From assembly GCA_016748015.1 (NCBI GenBank), contig JAAOMT010000577.1:547871-611870 (forward strand): DNA of 64,000 nucleotides, in the 5' to 3' direction. The notes under the pieces were generated by a model. The model saw nothing but the letters and a program-made list of their open reading frames with translations, had not been told where the DNA came from and searched no databases. The translations under genes and the position numbers were made by a program. This DNA is from Geosiphon pyriformis uo1 (Eukaryota > Fungi > Glomeromycota). Of this stretch, positions 1 to 13,868 are shown in pieces (position 1 is the stretch's first letter; the number at the start of each line of letters is the position of its first letter).

Positions 1-1090
1 TAGCAGGCTTCAGCACAACACAAGTAACCACACCAAAAACACTGAGATTTTTTTTAATGTCAGCAGCAGATACATCTAGGAACATATCATGTAGCACAAC
101 AGCAGCAAAAGGAGAACCAGACTCAGAAACCACCAAAGATTTGGCAATTTTAAGAGTGGCCAAATGTACAGAGCTTGTAAGCTCAACCAAAAATGCAGCT
201 TTCAAAGAAACTTGAGAAGCAAACTCTATACAAAACAGCTTTACACTGTCTTTTGATACTGACTTTGTACCCAAAAAACCATCTACTGACTGAAAAACAG
301 TTTTAACATGAGCCAATTTGATCTTAAAAGTAGCACCAGACACCAGAGTGGAGGCCATCCACCCAGCAAACCTTTGACAACTAGTAATAGTTTCCCAAGC
401 ACCACCAGAAGTAGCACCAAAAACTAGAGAAAGAGATGAATCAGTTTTCATTTGATCAGCTGAATTCCCAAGAACAGGTGATCCAACAGGAAGAAATTGC
501 TTTAATTCTAAAACCAGTGATAATCTACTGGAAGACACCACATTTGGCAGCACAGCCAGTGGTTAATCTTGGCCTATTTTGAATGACGTGCTGGATAATA
601 CTATAAAAATTTCATTGTGAACCACAAAAAGGTTTGGTGTAACAATAGCAGAGGCAAGCAACTGCCCCCACTTTTCTGAACTTTTGGTCTTTTTGACTAT
701 TTTTTTTAAAGAGATGATACTAGAAACACCAGGTGTTGAATCTATAGAGAGAAAGATCAGCTTATTAACTGGTCTATTATTAAAAACTTTTGGGCTCTTA
801 GTTAAAGTGGAGACAACACTGAGACTAACCCAAGTGTGTCTCTTTGAGGGAACTTTGACTGGTGAGAAACCAGCCAAAGATAAGAAAGTTGCTTCAGTAG
901 CTATCAAAGACAGCTTATCACAATTACTGAGTAATAGAAAGACTTCTAAAACGTTCTACCTAGTTGCTTCTACAATAGAGAGAGCTTTTCTGATTGAAAT
1001 TTTATTAGATATCTCAGGACAGATATCAGGTGCAGCTTTTTTACTCTTTGCTTTGGTCATGGTCATAAAATTAAAGAAACAAAGAGTTTT
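1..1090 (-). mobile_element. LINE-a: 5' end and decayed ORF1 of a non-LTR retrotransposon, continuing off the left edge
   Basis: Minus strand from ATG at 1066/1060 reads MTMTKAKSKKAAPDICPEISNKIS..., joins the 563..907 ORF frame after stops, and near position 1 reads an RRM-like ...LSVFGVVTCVVLKPA, similar to ORF1 of the other LINEs here (VFSKFGKIVSIK). ORF2 is not in the window. Confidence 0.6.
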
Positions 1091-1593
1091 TTATTTTTAT
1101 ATATATATATAACTTTATATGAATTTCAAATTTATTAAATAAGTTATATATTTAATTTATAAATAAAACAAATTTAATTAAAACTTAAAATATGTAACAA
1201 AAATATTACTAGTATATTTTTTATAAATAAATAATAATTTAAACTTATATTAAACAATATAAATTAAAAAAACTATTTGTTTTTATTTTATTTAAGTATA
1301 TAACAATTTTTTATTTTAAATATATTTATATATTAAAGTTTAATAACTTTTATATTAATACTTTATATTTTTTACAAAATTATTAATTAATTATTTTTAT
1401 TTTTATTAATAAATTTATTATTTTTATTATTTAAAAGACATATATTATAGTTTTGTGAATTTTTAAACAACAAAATAATTATAATAATACTTTTAATTTA
1501 AAATTTTTTTTGTATTTTTAATAATTAATAAAAAAATAATTTAAATTATTAAAATACTAATAAATTTAATTATAAATTTATTAAACAAGTAAA

Positions 1594-1700
1594 TTTTTTT
1601 TATTTATAAGTAAAGTTCAATTATTATTTAATATAATATAACTATTTAAAATTCTAAATTAAATATAATTTATGCACTTGCTATATACAATAAATAATTT
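1594..1700 (-). mobile_element. Detached 3' tail (poly-A plus about 95 bp of 3' UTR) of LINE-c, split off by the LINE-b insertion
   Basis: T-run followed by atttataagtaaagttcaa...tctaaattaaatataatttatgcacttgctatata is colinear with the minus-strand LINE-e tail at 57976-58080 and supplies the part missing from LINE-c at 8486. Confidence 0.65.
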
Positions 1701-1829
1701 TTTTAACTTTTTTTTTTATCAATTTTTTGGCCACAACAGAAGCAAAGATTTATCAAAAATTTAATTAGTCTTTTTTTTTTTCTTTTGTATCTCTTTAATT
1801 ATTTCTTTTAATTTTTTTTTTTTGTTGTA

Positions 1830-3690
1830 ATAGAACCAGTAGACTCTTCTGTTAGTAGTTTTAGATTTAGGTTTAGCTGGTTTGAGAACCAACTTAAATG
1901 CTAAAAAATAATATGTAGAAAGTGTTTATTTTTACATTGTATTTCATAAAAAACTGAAAAAGTCTGATGTAAATATTAGTATAGTTAACTTGTCTACTGG
2001 TCTTTTAAGTTATAATGATATTAATGTTTCTAATAAAAAATCTGTAGTGTTTTAAAGTAACAAAACTAATAGCAAAGCCAGTAGTATCAACAGTTTATTG
2101 GATGTAAAAAATATAAAAAATATGGTTGCCAAAAAAATTAGCTATGCAAATTCAAATAATTTAATAGTCAACAATAATATGAATAATACTACATTGCAAA
2201 AAACTTACACTCAAACATATGTATTGGGTTACTTACCAAAAATCTTTTCATTTGTAGATTTAAGCAATAATAATGACATTTTATTACTTTTATTACCTAA
2301 GTTTAATGGCTTTAAGCAACTCTTATTGATTAGATTATGTGTGTCAGAAAAATAAAGTTTTAATTTGGCAAAGTTTTTTGTATTAGATATTAAGTTGTTC
2401 ACTGTTTTTAACAAAACTAATAGTGATAAATTATTATATGTAAAAAAAAATTTTTATTATGTGGATGGTTTTGGAGAAGCTTCTATTCTCTTAAAGTTTT
2501 CGGAAATAATTAAATTTTTTTTCACACCTAAGTTAAATTTGAAAAAGACTAGGGAGATAACTGTTAGTAAGAAAATTTTAGTTAATAATAATGTAAAAAA
2601 AACAAACAGCTACACAAATTAAATGATAATTGTCAAGAAAATTCTAGTAGATTTTTTCAAATTATCAGTAAAATCAGTTTTTTCCAAAGTTGGCAAAATT
2701 ACTTTAATTAAAATACAGTTTATTGGTTTATGACAAAAAACTCTAATAGAATTTGAGTCATTAGATGTTGTTAGTTTGATTGTATCTAAGTAGTCTGTTA
2801 TCATAAAAAAAAATTTTGTACATATGACTTTGGTAATTAGTAATAAACAATTATGGGTTTCAAAAAATCTTCATTGAGCTTTATTGTATATTCTGCTAAT
2901 TGGCATTACTGTTCATAACTTTTCTAATTTGTTGAAATTATACAGTAAAAAAACTTGTTCTATTAGCCACAATTCTAGTTTATATGTACATAATAGATGT
3001 GTTATGGTTTGTTTTGTTAATAAAGCATCTAAAAAAACTGCTATTAGTTCTATTCTAGTTTTCAAGAATGTGAATTTGTATTAGGCTGGCCTTTTTTTGG
3101 CCTGTTGTGCTCAATATAAACAATTTGATCATGTTTTTGGTATATGTTTAGTGAATAAGAATTTGGATAATTACAGAAAATAATTAGTCACCTTTTAGAA
3201 TTAAATAAGTTTGGTAAATATATATAGAAAAAAACAGACATTAATTGCTTGTCTAGTTTTATTTGGTAAAAAGATTTAGGTTTAAATTGCTAGTAGTTCT
3301 ACTTTTCATGTAGTGTTTTTAGTTTTTCTACTGGGTTTTTTAAATATAAATAATAAGTTTGTCACTTTTAAATACAGTTTCACTAATCTTATAGAGCAAA
3401 TTAACAAGCTGGCTAAAAGATTAGATGCACTTGGGCCAATAATTTCTCAGCTTAGCTCTAAATATTAGCTGTTAGTAATTTTTTTATTATAGAATTAAGA
3501 GGTGGATATAGTAATAAGTGAGAATTTAGGTGTATTTACTAGTGGTAAAACTATTATAAAAGCAGTATTTATAAATTTATCTGTAGTTTTTAAATTGAAG
3601 GACAGTTTGATAAGTCTTTTAGATATAGTTATAGACCTTTTGGCCAAAATAGACAATCTTGTTTTGGGGTCAAAATTTTTTTCTTATTAA
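1830..3690 (+). pseudogene. LINE-b ORF1 (RRM-like region plus decayed CCHC knuckle)
   Basis: Start ATA(<ATG)GAACCAGTA; fragments KFFVLDIKL...VDGFGEAS and VFKNVNLY align with LINE-d ORF1; many in-frame stops. Confidence 0.8.
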
Positions 3691-6600
3691 TTGTTTAAAA
3701 GTTTGCTATATATAATGTTAAAAATATTAATGTTTCTATTAAGCAGAAGAATATTGTTTATTGGTATATAAATTCAGATAATATGGTTTCTATTATTACA
3801 AAAACAAAATTAAAATCTAGTATTAGGCCTTAAATTGTAGACAAATTTGATAAAATGTGAATTTTTACATCTGGTTTAGATAAAGGCTTTTTTGAAACTA
3901 AAATAATGATTATTATAAACAATTTTTTAACTTAGTATATTTCTAAAATAAAAAAAGTTCTTGATTAAGTTGTTTCTGTATAGCTTTTTTTCAAAAACAA
4001 GTTTTCAGTTATGATTCTTAGTTTGTATACTGGTGTTTTTGCTAAGATCAGATTTGGTTTAGCTTTAAAAGTTAACTTTTTTATAGATAAAGCAGTTAAC
4101 TTTAACAGTTTTGTGGTTTTGGATGAAAATTTTAACAAAGATAGATCTTAGAAAAATGCGAGTTTCAAGTTTTGTTTAGATTTAGATTTGGTCAATGCAT
4201 TTGATAGGAATATATTGGTTAATGTTTCTACTTAAAACAATTTAAAAAGTGTTAAGAAGATTATTGATTACATTTTTGTAAGTAAAAATTAGTTGTCTGC
4301 AATTATTGATTATAAGATTAAATTTATATCTGAATTTTTTAATATTAATTACAAAGCTGTTTCATTTTTGATTGGTTTGGATGAACTTTTGAATGTTTAA
4401 TTGAATAGCATAAGAAAGCAGTCTAACAAAAATTACTAAAAATTCAGAATAAAAAATACAGATAAAATCAAGTAGACTTATTTTAAGAAGTGTTCTTCTA
4501 ATAAATTGTCAACTTTAACAGATATGTTTATAAAAATGGAGATTTCTGGAAATTTGGATTTAATGTAAAAGATGTTAAAAAAAGTAATGATAGATTTGGC
4601 TAATAAATTTTTTCTAGATATTGGTTCAGTATTTTTGATTGCTCAAGAAACAAACAGTCATCAAAATTTTTTAAGTTAGAATTGCTGACTGCTAAAATGG
4701 CTAAGACTTTAAGATTAAGAAATGTGTCTAAGTTGTAATTTTTATTTTACACTTGGTTGGCTATTGATAAAAACAAAGCTTTAAAATACAAGACTTAATT
4801 CAAAATAGCATTAAGTCAATAAAAATTTTTAGCTGTTTGTCTGATATATAAAAAAGTTATTGCAAGTCCAAAATACATGAATTTAAAACTTTTGAAAATA
4901 TTGCTATTAGGTGTAGAATCAAAAAAAAAATGGGAAACCTTTGTTCAAACAAAAGATACATAATTAAAAGTATATTAGAAAAGTCTTTTCATAAGATAGT
5001 GTTCGATTATTTAGTGGTTAATAATAAGCTGGTTCTGAAATCTGAGAATATTAAAATTAAGATTAATACTATTATAGAAGATTAGACCAGAAAGTATGTG
5101 GTTCTTAAGTCTTTGTCTGGACTTTAAGTTAATTAATATGTTTCTTTGAACTATATAAACAATAATGTATTTTTAAATATTATAAAAATTATCAATTCTA
5201 GAGAGTTGGTACAAATGGTCAAAAATTTGCCAAATAAAAAAGCTGCTAATTTAAATAGTATTTTTAATAAGCTGTAGAAACATTGTGATAATAATATTCT
5301 TAAGTGTTTTTTAGGTCTTTTGAATATATATTTAATTTTGAATATGGTTTGGCTCTATATAAAAGAGTATGGGTTTTAATAATTCTTAAGTTTTATGATT
5401 AGAATAAAATTTTAACAAACACTTGACTTATTGTTTTAATTGAGATGGCCAAAAAAAATTTTTCTAAGATTCTTTTAAATCAAATTTTTTTTATCTACAG
5501 CTATTTTGGTGTGTTTTATAAAGACAACTTTTCTGTCTTAAAAAATACTTTAACACAATCACTTATTTTTACTGTTAGGTTTGTGATTAAAGATAGTTTA
5601 AAAAATAACAAAAAAATTTGGTTGGTTTTGCAGAACATGTAAAAAGCATATAACTTTATTGGCTAAACTTATTTAAAAGCTAATTTGTAATGTATTAAAA
5701 TATGCAAAAAGTTTATTGGTTTTTTTGATATTATTTATGAAGATAAAATAATTAAAATAATAACAAATTTTGGTCTTTCTGGTGATTATTAGATGCATAA
5801 TAATCTGAGTTAGGGTGAAATGTTCTTTCCTTTTCTTTAAATGATTTTTTATTACCTTCTCTTGTGTGAGATAAATTAACATAAATATTTGTGTAAATAC
5901 TGTATTAACACTAGTTTTGTGATTAAGACAGATAAAATTAAGGCCAAGAGTAAAAAAACTTTTTTTTTGCAGTTGGTGCTTTCATCAATGACATTATCTG
6001 AATTGGAAACAGTCAGGCATCTACACAATATATATTAAACATTGCCAGTAAATTTTTTTTGATCAATAATATTTTAATTAACAATGATAAAACCATAACT
6101 ATTCCTATTAATTACAAAGTTAAGAATGTCATTTTAAAGATCAATGGTTTGCTGATTTCAATTGCCAAGAATAGTGAGCCATATAAGTACTTGGTAATTT
6201 TTTTGTTAACTAAAGATTTATTCAGATCTAGTTTGGTTAAAGCTTATTCTGATGTTAAATTTTTCTCTAATATGGTGTTGAAAAAAGTGATTACTAATAA
6301 ACAGTTTTTATATTTGGTATTAGCAATTTTACAATCTATTGTTGGCTATTGATCACAATTTAGTTTTGTTTTATCTAATATATGTCACAAATAGGATATA
6401 ATGATCAAGAAAAATCTCAAGCTAAAGACTAATTTGCCAAGAAATTTTTCCAATAAGGCTTTGCATTATTTAGCTTTGTATAATTTAAAGCCTTTTAACC
6501 AGATTTAGGCTAAAAAGAAGTTAGCTTCATTGGTTATTTTTTCTAATGTTTTTGATATTCTTGGATATCTATTCAAATACAGATTTTTGGATTTGTAGAT

Positions 6601-8352
6601 CTTAGAATAAACTTTCTCAGATTTTTTGCAATTTCTTGTTAAGTTGTATGTTAGTTCAGTAAACAATTTTTTAGTTAGAATGGTAAAAATTTTCTTACTT
6701 AATAAATTATCTATTATAAACAATTTGTTCAATGTATTCTGCAGTCTGAAAAAGTTTTTAATATCAAATATTCTAAGTGAATTCTTATACTATAATTTAG
6801 TGTACTCTCCAAAGCAATTCAATATCATATTTAATAACAAACTTCTGAACAAAAAAAGTAATATGATAGATTGGAAAACTTTTCAACATTAAAAAAAATT
6901 GGATCTCAAGAGTTCTGTGTTTTATTGGTTTAACTTGGCTTCAAGATTTTTGCATGATAATAGTGCTTTGAAGTTGAATTTTATAGAAATTAATAGTTTT
7001 TTTGGTACAAATATTGTAAAATCTATTGGATTTTCTAAAGTACATGACAATTTGCTTGAGATTTGATCAAGTGTTATTGAAATGTATATGGATGGTTCTC
7101 TAAGGAATATGGATTGCTGGTAAGACTGTAGCATATTTTTCTGTGGTAGATATGGGAGTTGGTGTTGTAATTCATAGGCTTTTGTCTTTTATAATAACTA
7201 AGCTACAGGCTGTAACTCTGTTCTTAATGTGTATTTCATTTTCTTATATAATAATAGTGTATCTAAACAGTCAGGCTGCTATTGATGTTTGTGTTTCTAA
7301 GGTTAAATTTATTAAGCTGAACTTCCACAATTAATATTGGATGGAAAGAAAGCATATTGTCAGATTAATAAAGGTTAAATATTTTTCAATTTAATAAATA
7401 AAAATTAAAAGTTATTTAAATGTTCATAACAATATTAAGACTAACTTTTTGGCAAAAGTAGTTGTTTTTTTTCTTTTTTTTTTGTCAATTGAAGTGATTA
7501 ATTATTTTGTTATGGTTGAAGACATAGTTATATTTGGTAACATTCATTATTTTGTTTATAATATTTATAGATCAATTAATTGTGCTTAGTAAGAGACTAG
7601 TCCTGGTCACAATATTCTTCTTGATTCCTTAATTAATAAGGTAGATTGGGTGTTTATTATACAGATTTGGCACCTTAATTCTCATATGCTGTTTAAGTTT
7701 ATTAGCAAGAATTCGGCCAATTTGCATACCTATTTAATAAAAGCTATACATAGATGTTTATCAGTAGTAATTATGAAAAAATTGTATAATAAGTTGTATT
7801 TTAGAGTTTTGTGTTTGTTTTGTGAGAAAATTGAGTTGCTAAATTATGTTTTCACTTATACTAATGATGTTAGCATTTAAGAAAAGATTTTATTAAAGGC
7901 TTTGGATGTCTAAATTTTGTTAATTAGAACCTGTAACTCTTTTTTTGCTGTTTTAAAAACTTTTTCTGAGTGCTCATTGAATGTAAGATTGTATATAGTG
8001 ATTTGTAAAAGCTTTGTATTGAAACATTAGTATAATAAAACTGTTGTATTTTTTAAAAAAAAGGACAGGCTGTTGTAATAGTAATTAGATATGTAAAGTA
8101 TTTAGTAGAGAAATATTGTTTAAGAGTTTGATTTATGAAATCTAGACATAAGATAGATATAAAAAAGGCTGATTTAGTTAAAAATAGTGGTTTGGTGTCT
8201 AAATTGTCTTGTGATTTGGCTGAAAGTTTGTCAAATAGAATAGTTTATCTATTCAGTATTATTGAGTTTTTTGCTGTTAGCTTTGGCAGGCATAAGCCAT
8301 GTACTTTTTTTTTGGTTTAGGTAGTTATATTAGTGTTTATGTAGATATATAG
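3691..8352 (+). pseudogene. LINE-b ORF2 (AP endonuclease, RT, RNase H, C-terminal zinc finger)
   Basis: Decayed motifs: FAIYNVKNIN (APE ATCNVRG), KKIIDYIF near 4260, WLVLQNM*KAYN (QDMRKAYD) near 5630, GAFINDIIW (FVDD) near 5980, VYMDGSL near 7085, YLNSQAA, CLFCEKIELLNYVFTY near 7815. Confidence 0.9.
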
Positions 8353-8485
8353 TATTGTCTTGTCTAATCCAAGTGATTGGTTACATGTAGCCAATAAATG
8401 AATCATGTTTAGTTAGAATTATTAAGTTTGATTCTGTATATTAGATAGTAGTTAGACTTTACTTATTAATTATTAATAAAAAAAA

Positions 8486-11400
8486 TACATATAACTAGTT
8501 ATTTGGCCAATTAAGATAATACTATACAGCTATATTAATTAAAACTTTCTTAATTGTATCTGTAAAAAACAGATAACTTATTCTTAATTCAAAATTAATA
8601 ACATAACTCTTTTTAATTCTTAACAAATAAGCAACTTTATCTAAAATTCTAACAAAAAAGTTACAAACAATATCAAATATAAAACTATCTTTATTTAACA
8701 AACTTTTATAATCTATTTTAGCTTAAAGTTTCAAATTAGGTATCCATATCTACTTTTTATAACCAATAACTAAATTCTGAATAAACTTAACTAATTTAAA
8801 CATGATAAGCTTAGTATCTTTAAAAAAAGTCTTAGTTTTTATCAACCAATTTTCAAAAACAAATCTTTTATACAAAATTATATACAAATTAATATTAAAA
8901 ACCCATATAATTAATGACTAAAGAACTATAAATAAAGCCAAATTTGCATTAGTTAAAAACTACTAAATAGTAAAATAGTCATTTAATAAATTCTGATAAA
9001 CAGAAAAATCTGAACTGTAAACAAAACTATAATCTAAAAACTTTATCTTATTACAATACATATATAATACACTTAAATAACTGTAATTATATAAATGCTT
9101 TCTAACTACTACTGGCAATCTTTTGTGTAAAATCTTTATTAAATCTATCTATAAATCAGTAATGGCTTTGCTTATGTATTCAACAGCCATATAAGAATTA
9201 GGATACCAAACTAAAACAATATGTTTTTAATTAATATTACCAATATACAAAAAATCTATAACATTAAAATTTAATTTAACTTTCTATTGAAAATGTTTTA
9301 TAGTATTATTCATAGTTTTAATAAAATAATAAACATTATTAGACATCATTTTATTATCAGTTATTAAAAAATTTTCTTTAATATTTACTGAAAAGACAAG
9401 TTTTAAAAAAGTAGTCTAATTTCCCAACTTATTAGCATGCTTATTGTTTAATACATCCAAATAATTATTTATCTTGGCCCAATTTACAGAAATGTTTTTA
9501 TTTCTGACCAAATTATTAACATGATAGTGTTTTATCCAATATCTGTTGTAAAAATTAGATGTTACTATTTTAATTTAGTTTAATATATATTCAAAAAAAC
9601 TTAACTGTTAGAATAGATTGTAACTTTGGATAAAATTAGAATACACTTAAGAGTTAAAGCAATAATTTGTATCTCAACCAGAATTAAAGACAATAATTCA
9701 TTAATTTTTACACCTATATACAAACTCAGATCAGAAAAGTAGGCAGTTATATCATTTATAACACCAAAAAGCCAAAGTTTTTAACTAAACTATTAGTGTA
9801 AATTGAGATTTTAAGCAAAAATACATTTTTTAAATTAGAACAAACAATACCAAAGTTATATGTATTAATTATACTTATTTTAAAAGAGTGTTCAGAAATA
9901 GATAAAAGATCTTAAACTAAACCAAATCTGTATAAACCAAAAAAGAACTAAACTCTAAAATTCAATTATTTCTACTGACAAAAATTTTTTCAACCAAAAT
10001 ATTTTCTATAACTATTTAAAAGTTGGTTAGCAAAAATAATGTCAAAGTATTTTAAAAATTTATAAATTCGAAAATAATTTATTTGATTCAGAATATTCAA
10101 AATAGAAATGTTATGTTTAAGATAAAAAACATTGAGTAAATTAATAAACAAAAATATATTATTGTGCAAAAATATTTTAGTAATACTAGCCAAAAAATTG
10201 TTTACAGAATTGATTTTCAACTTGATAGAAAACTGAAAAAAATTTTAAGGAATTCAACTTAAGATCTGTAAATCTAATAATTTATGTCTAAAAGCCAGCC
10301 AAAAATATTTTTAGTATTAGCAAAATTTATTATTAATGCCATTTTTTTTTCTGTTTAAACTTGAATAAAAAGCTTTAAATTATACAAAATAAATAATACA
10401 TGGCTTTGTTAAAAAAGTTTTTATATAAACTGGCTTTAGATTTTAACATTTTTTAGTTAAACAATCTTATTTATTACATATACTTTTACTAATAAAGTTA
10501 AACTGTATTTTGTATCCAAAAATAGACTATAAAACAGCTAAAACCAAATAAAAAAATTGTTTATCTAATATAGCTTTGTGTAAAACTATGAATGAAAAAA
10601 ACTTTATATCTAAATTTGCTTTTTTTAAAAGTAAGCCAAAAAAACTTTTAGTTAATAAGATAATATTCAAATATTAATAAGCTTTGTCAGTTTTTGCAAT
10701 TAAAATAAAAACTTATTTATACTTAAAAAAACATTATTGGCTTTTGGATTAATTAAAATAACTACTGTTTTGTCTATATTTATTGAAATATTTATAATAT
10801 TAAAAAATTTACTAGCAATATTCAAGATATTCTGTATTGTTGTTTTACAGTTACCAATTTAAATTATATTATTTACAAAAACCCCAATTACCAAATAAAA
10901 AATCAAACCAAGATTAAATTCAATTTTGTTAGTTCTAGCAACAAATCTGAAATTTACTTAATATCTGAACAGAGATTTATCCTTTTTTACTTTGCACAAA
11001 AAAAAGTTGTAAAAAATTCTCTAAAAAAGAGACAAAAAAACTTTATTTTAATCAAGTTTATCATGAACTTTATAACTTTTAAACAAACTAAAGTTTGTTA
11101 TAACTTTATTTATATAATTATTGTAAATATAACCAAAAAATTTCATAAATTTGTTACATATTTTTATTTAATTGAAACTGTTTTTCAAATATGATTAACT
11201 CATTAAATTATAAGCTTTGCTTATGTCTTAAAGCACCAACCAGATCTTTCTACTTTTTTCTAAAGTATTTTTAATAACAGATTTAATAACAAAAATAAGA
11301 AACTGAGTTGAAATACTTTTCAAAATTAAGAAATTATTTTTATATAAAATCTTGTATTTGCTATAAATTTTAAAAATACAATCAGACAAAATCTTTAAAA

Positions 11401-13750
11401 AAATTTTTCTTGTAGTTTTAATAAGAGCAATAGATCTGGTGTTTATTAAAATGGTTTTTTATTTATATGGTTTTGGAATCATAAAAACACAGATTTTTTT
11501 TAGATATTAGAAATCAATTTAAACATTAAACACAAATTAAGTAAATACAATAAATAATTCAAAACAAATTTGTAACTATGTTTTTATATTTTATTAGAAA
11601 TATTAGACAATTCAGTAATTTTACTATTAAAAAATTTTTTGATCATTAATAAAAATTTATTAAAACTAATTTACAATATTATACTAAAAAATACATTATT
11701 ATTAACATACTTAAAAAGTGCAAATTATTTCTGCTAATAAAAAATAATAATAGTTTTAACTACATATTTTCTGATCTAATTTTTTATAATTAAATCAACT
11801 TTATACTTAACCAAATTAAATTTTAAAGTAGTTTACTATTATCAACTAAATAATTTAATATAACTTTTTTGAAAGGTTTTTTTAATACATTTAACTCTTA
11901 TTATTAGCAAAAGCTTTTATGTATTAAGTAATAACAATTTTAATACAAAAATTTTCAATAGTTTTAAATTTTAACATTTTATAAAACTTATAAATTTTTT
12001 TAAAACAAGTTAATAATTGTTTAATTAAGATTTTGCCATAATTATTATTTAAGAATTTCTTAAATTTTACTGTTTAATTAGAATTCAGAAAAATCTACTT
12101 GTTGACCAAAACCTAAAATTCTTCTAAATCTCCCAATTAATATGTTTTTAAGATTCTTAATATTAGCAATTATAATCTGTAAAACTTAGAAAATACAGCA
12201 CTTTTAGCTATCTTATTATTTTAATATCATGTTTTTAAAAAAGCAGTATTAGCTATAGAGTATACTATTTTACTAAGCAGCTATTATATTTTATTAAAAT
12301 TAGCTTTTTTTTGTAATTATTAAAGTTTTTAGCAGTAGTCAAAACAGCAGCCAGCAACAAATTCTCAAACTTTTTCTAAACTTTCTTATTAATCTTACAG
12401 ATTTTGTACTTTCATTTATTTTTAGTAAATTGTTTATATATTAAATTAAGTTAAAAACTAAAAAGTTTTTCCAAACTAATGTTCACTAATATAACAAAAT
12501 AATTAATATTAAAAAACTCATCTAAATAGTAAATTTGTTGATTGAAAAACAAACTCTAAATATTATTACTAATTAAAACAAAGTTTATGCATTTTTTAAT
12601 TTTCTTAAAATTAAACTATATAAAAAGCTTATATAATAAAAACCTAATGAGAGAATCAAATAAACTTATATTCAAAAATTTTCTAAAACTTATATTGTAA
12701 TCAAAATTATTTTTATTGAAATTACTATCAAAAACCACATACATACTATTATTTAAAGCTTTTGTTACTATAAAATTAATATTATAAAACTGAGCCAATC
12801 ATTTTTTCAAAGTAATACTAATATATAAACCCAAAATAAAAATAAAAAAATAATTTTTAATAACAAACATATTAATAAAAGTCAATTAGCAATCTTTAAT
12901 ACTTTGCATATATGTTTAACAATATTATTATTGATTATTATTATAATATTAGAATTCAGATAATTGAAATTAACTTTTGAAGTAAAAACTTTAATTTCTT
13001 TAAATTTACTTATAATTTAAGAACAAATCTTATATTTTAGTTTTGTTTTTGTTATAATAGATACAGAATTGTTTTTATTTTTATATTAGCAAATAATATT
13101 TTTTTGTTTAGCAAAATTGTTTATTTTCTTAATATTATATGTAATAATTTTTCAAATGAAACTAGTTATTGAGAAAAGCAAAAACTTAAAACCAAACCAA
13201 AATTATTTATTTTGGCCAAAAGTTCTAAAACCATATTCAATAATTTTTTTATTTTATTTTTTAATTTCAAAAAACTTAATGAATTTAAAAGCACTGCTTT
13301 CACAATAATTCTGTTAGTAACTATATCTGAACTTTTATTTATTATTATATTTACTCTTTAATTTTGTAATAAAAAAGTTATTAACAATTAATATTCAGAA
13401 TTAAACTAAAAAACTATTGGTTTAAGTATATTTAACTTCTTAACTAACCAATTTGCTTTACAAGACCAGCAAAACTGTGCTCAAAAACAGTAAACTTATT
13501 ATTTATTTCTAATATAACTGGTAAAAAAAACTTTATATTTATAAAAAAACCAATTTTTAAAGACTTATTATACAGAAAAAAAAATAAAAATAAAAAACTA
13601 TCAACAATTTTTGCCCAAAAGACTACCAAAAAAAACTAAATAAACAATAGAAGTTGAATATTTAGTGTAAATAGTAGTAAGTCTGCTTTTATCTACTTTT
13701 AAAAGAATTTTATAAGAAAAGCCATTTAAAAAGACAATAAAAATCTTTCT
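8486..13750 (-). mobile_element. LINE-c main segment: ORF1 C-terminus, ORF2 and partial 3' UTR, heavily decayed
   Basis: Minus strand shows the ORF2 start near 13165 (KIITYNIKKINNFAK < KIATCNVRGINNPAK), GVFVNNII (<GAFVDDTI) near 10870, IYTNSLV (<YTDGS, RNase H) near 9795, and the 3' UTR motif ttggccaaataactagttatatgt at 8487-8510. Confidence 0.85.
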
Positions 13751-13868
13751 CTTGTTGATCCCTTGGTTATAATAAGACTAAAAAATTTATTAAAGTTATA
13801 GCTTTCTTTTTTTTTTTTTCTCTTTGTTTCCATCAGTTATTTTTTCAAGTACTTCTAATTTTGTCATA

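Larger units (their letters stand above)
1725..8485 (+). mobile_element. LINE-b: near full-length decayed non-LTR retrotransposon (ORF1; ORF2 APE-RT-RNaseH-zinc finger; poly-A)
   Basis: 5' UTR colinear with LINE-d; two ORF relics with recognisable motifs; 3' UTR ending gactttacttattaattattaat plus A-run at 8478-8485. Confidence 0.9.

Noticed and set aside
684-1112. 142-aa plus-strand ORF and similar shadow ORFs (e.g. 30316..30564, 32336..32641, 41457..41672)
   Set aside because: They are antisense to recognisable retroelement frames and show no independent motifs.
1100-1590. Near-pure AT tracts (also about 57.1-57.95 kb and 61.7-62.55 kb) as centromere or origin elements
   Set aside because: No periodic or motif structure seen; more simply explained as end-stage C>T/G>A decay.
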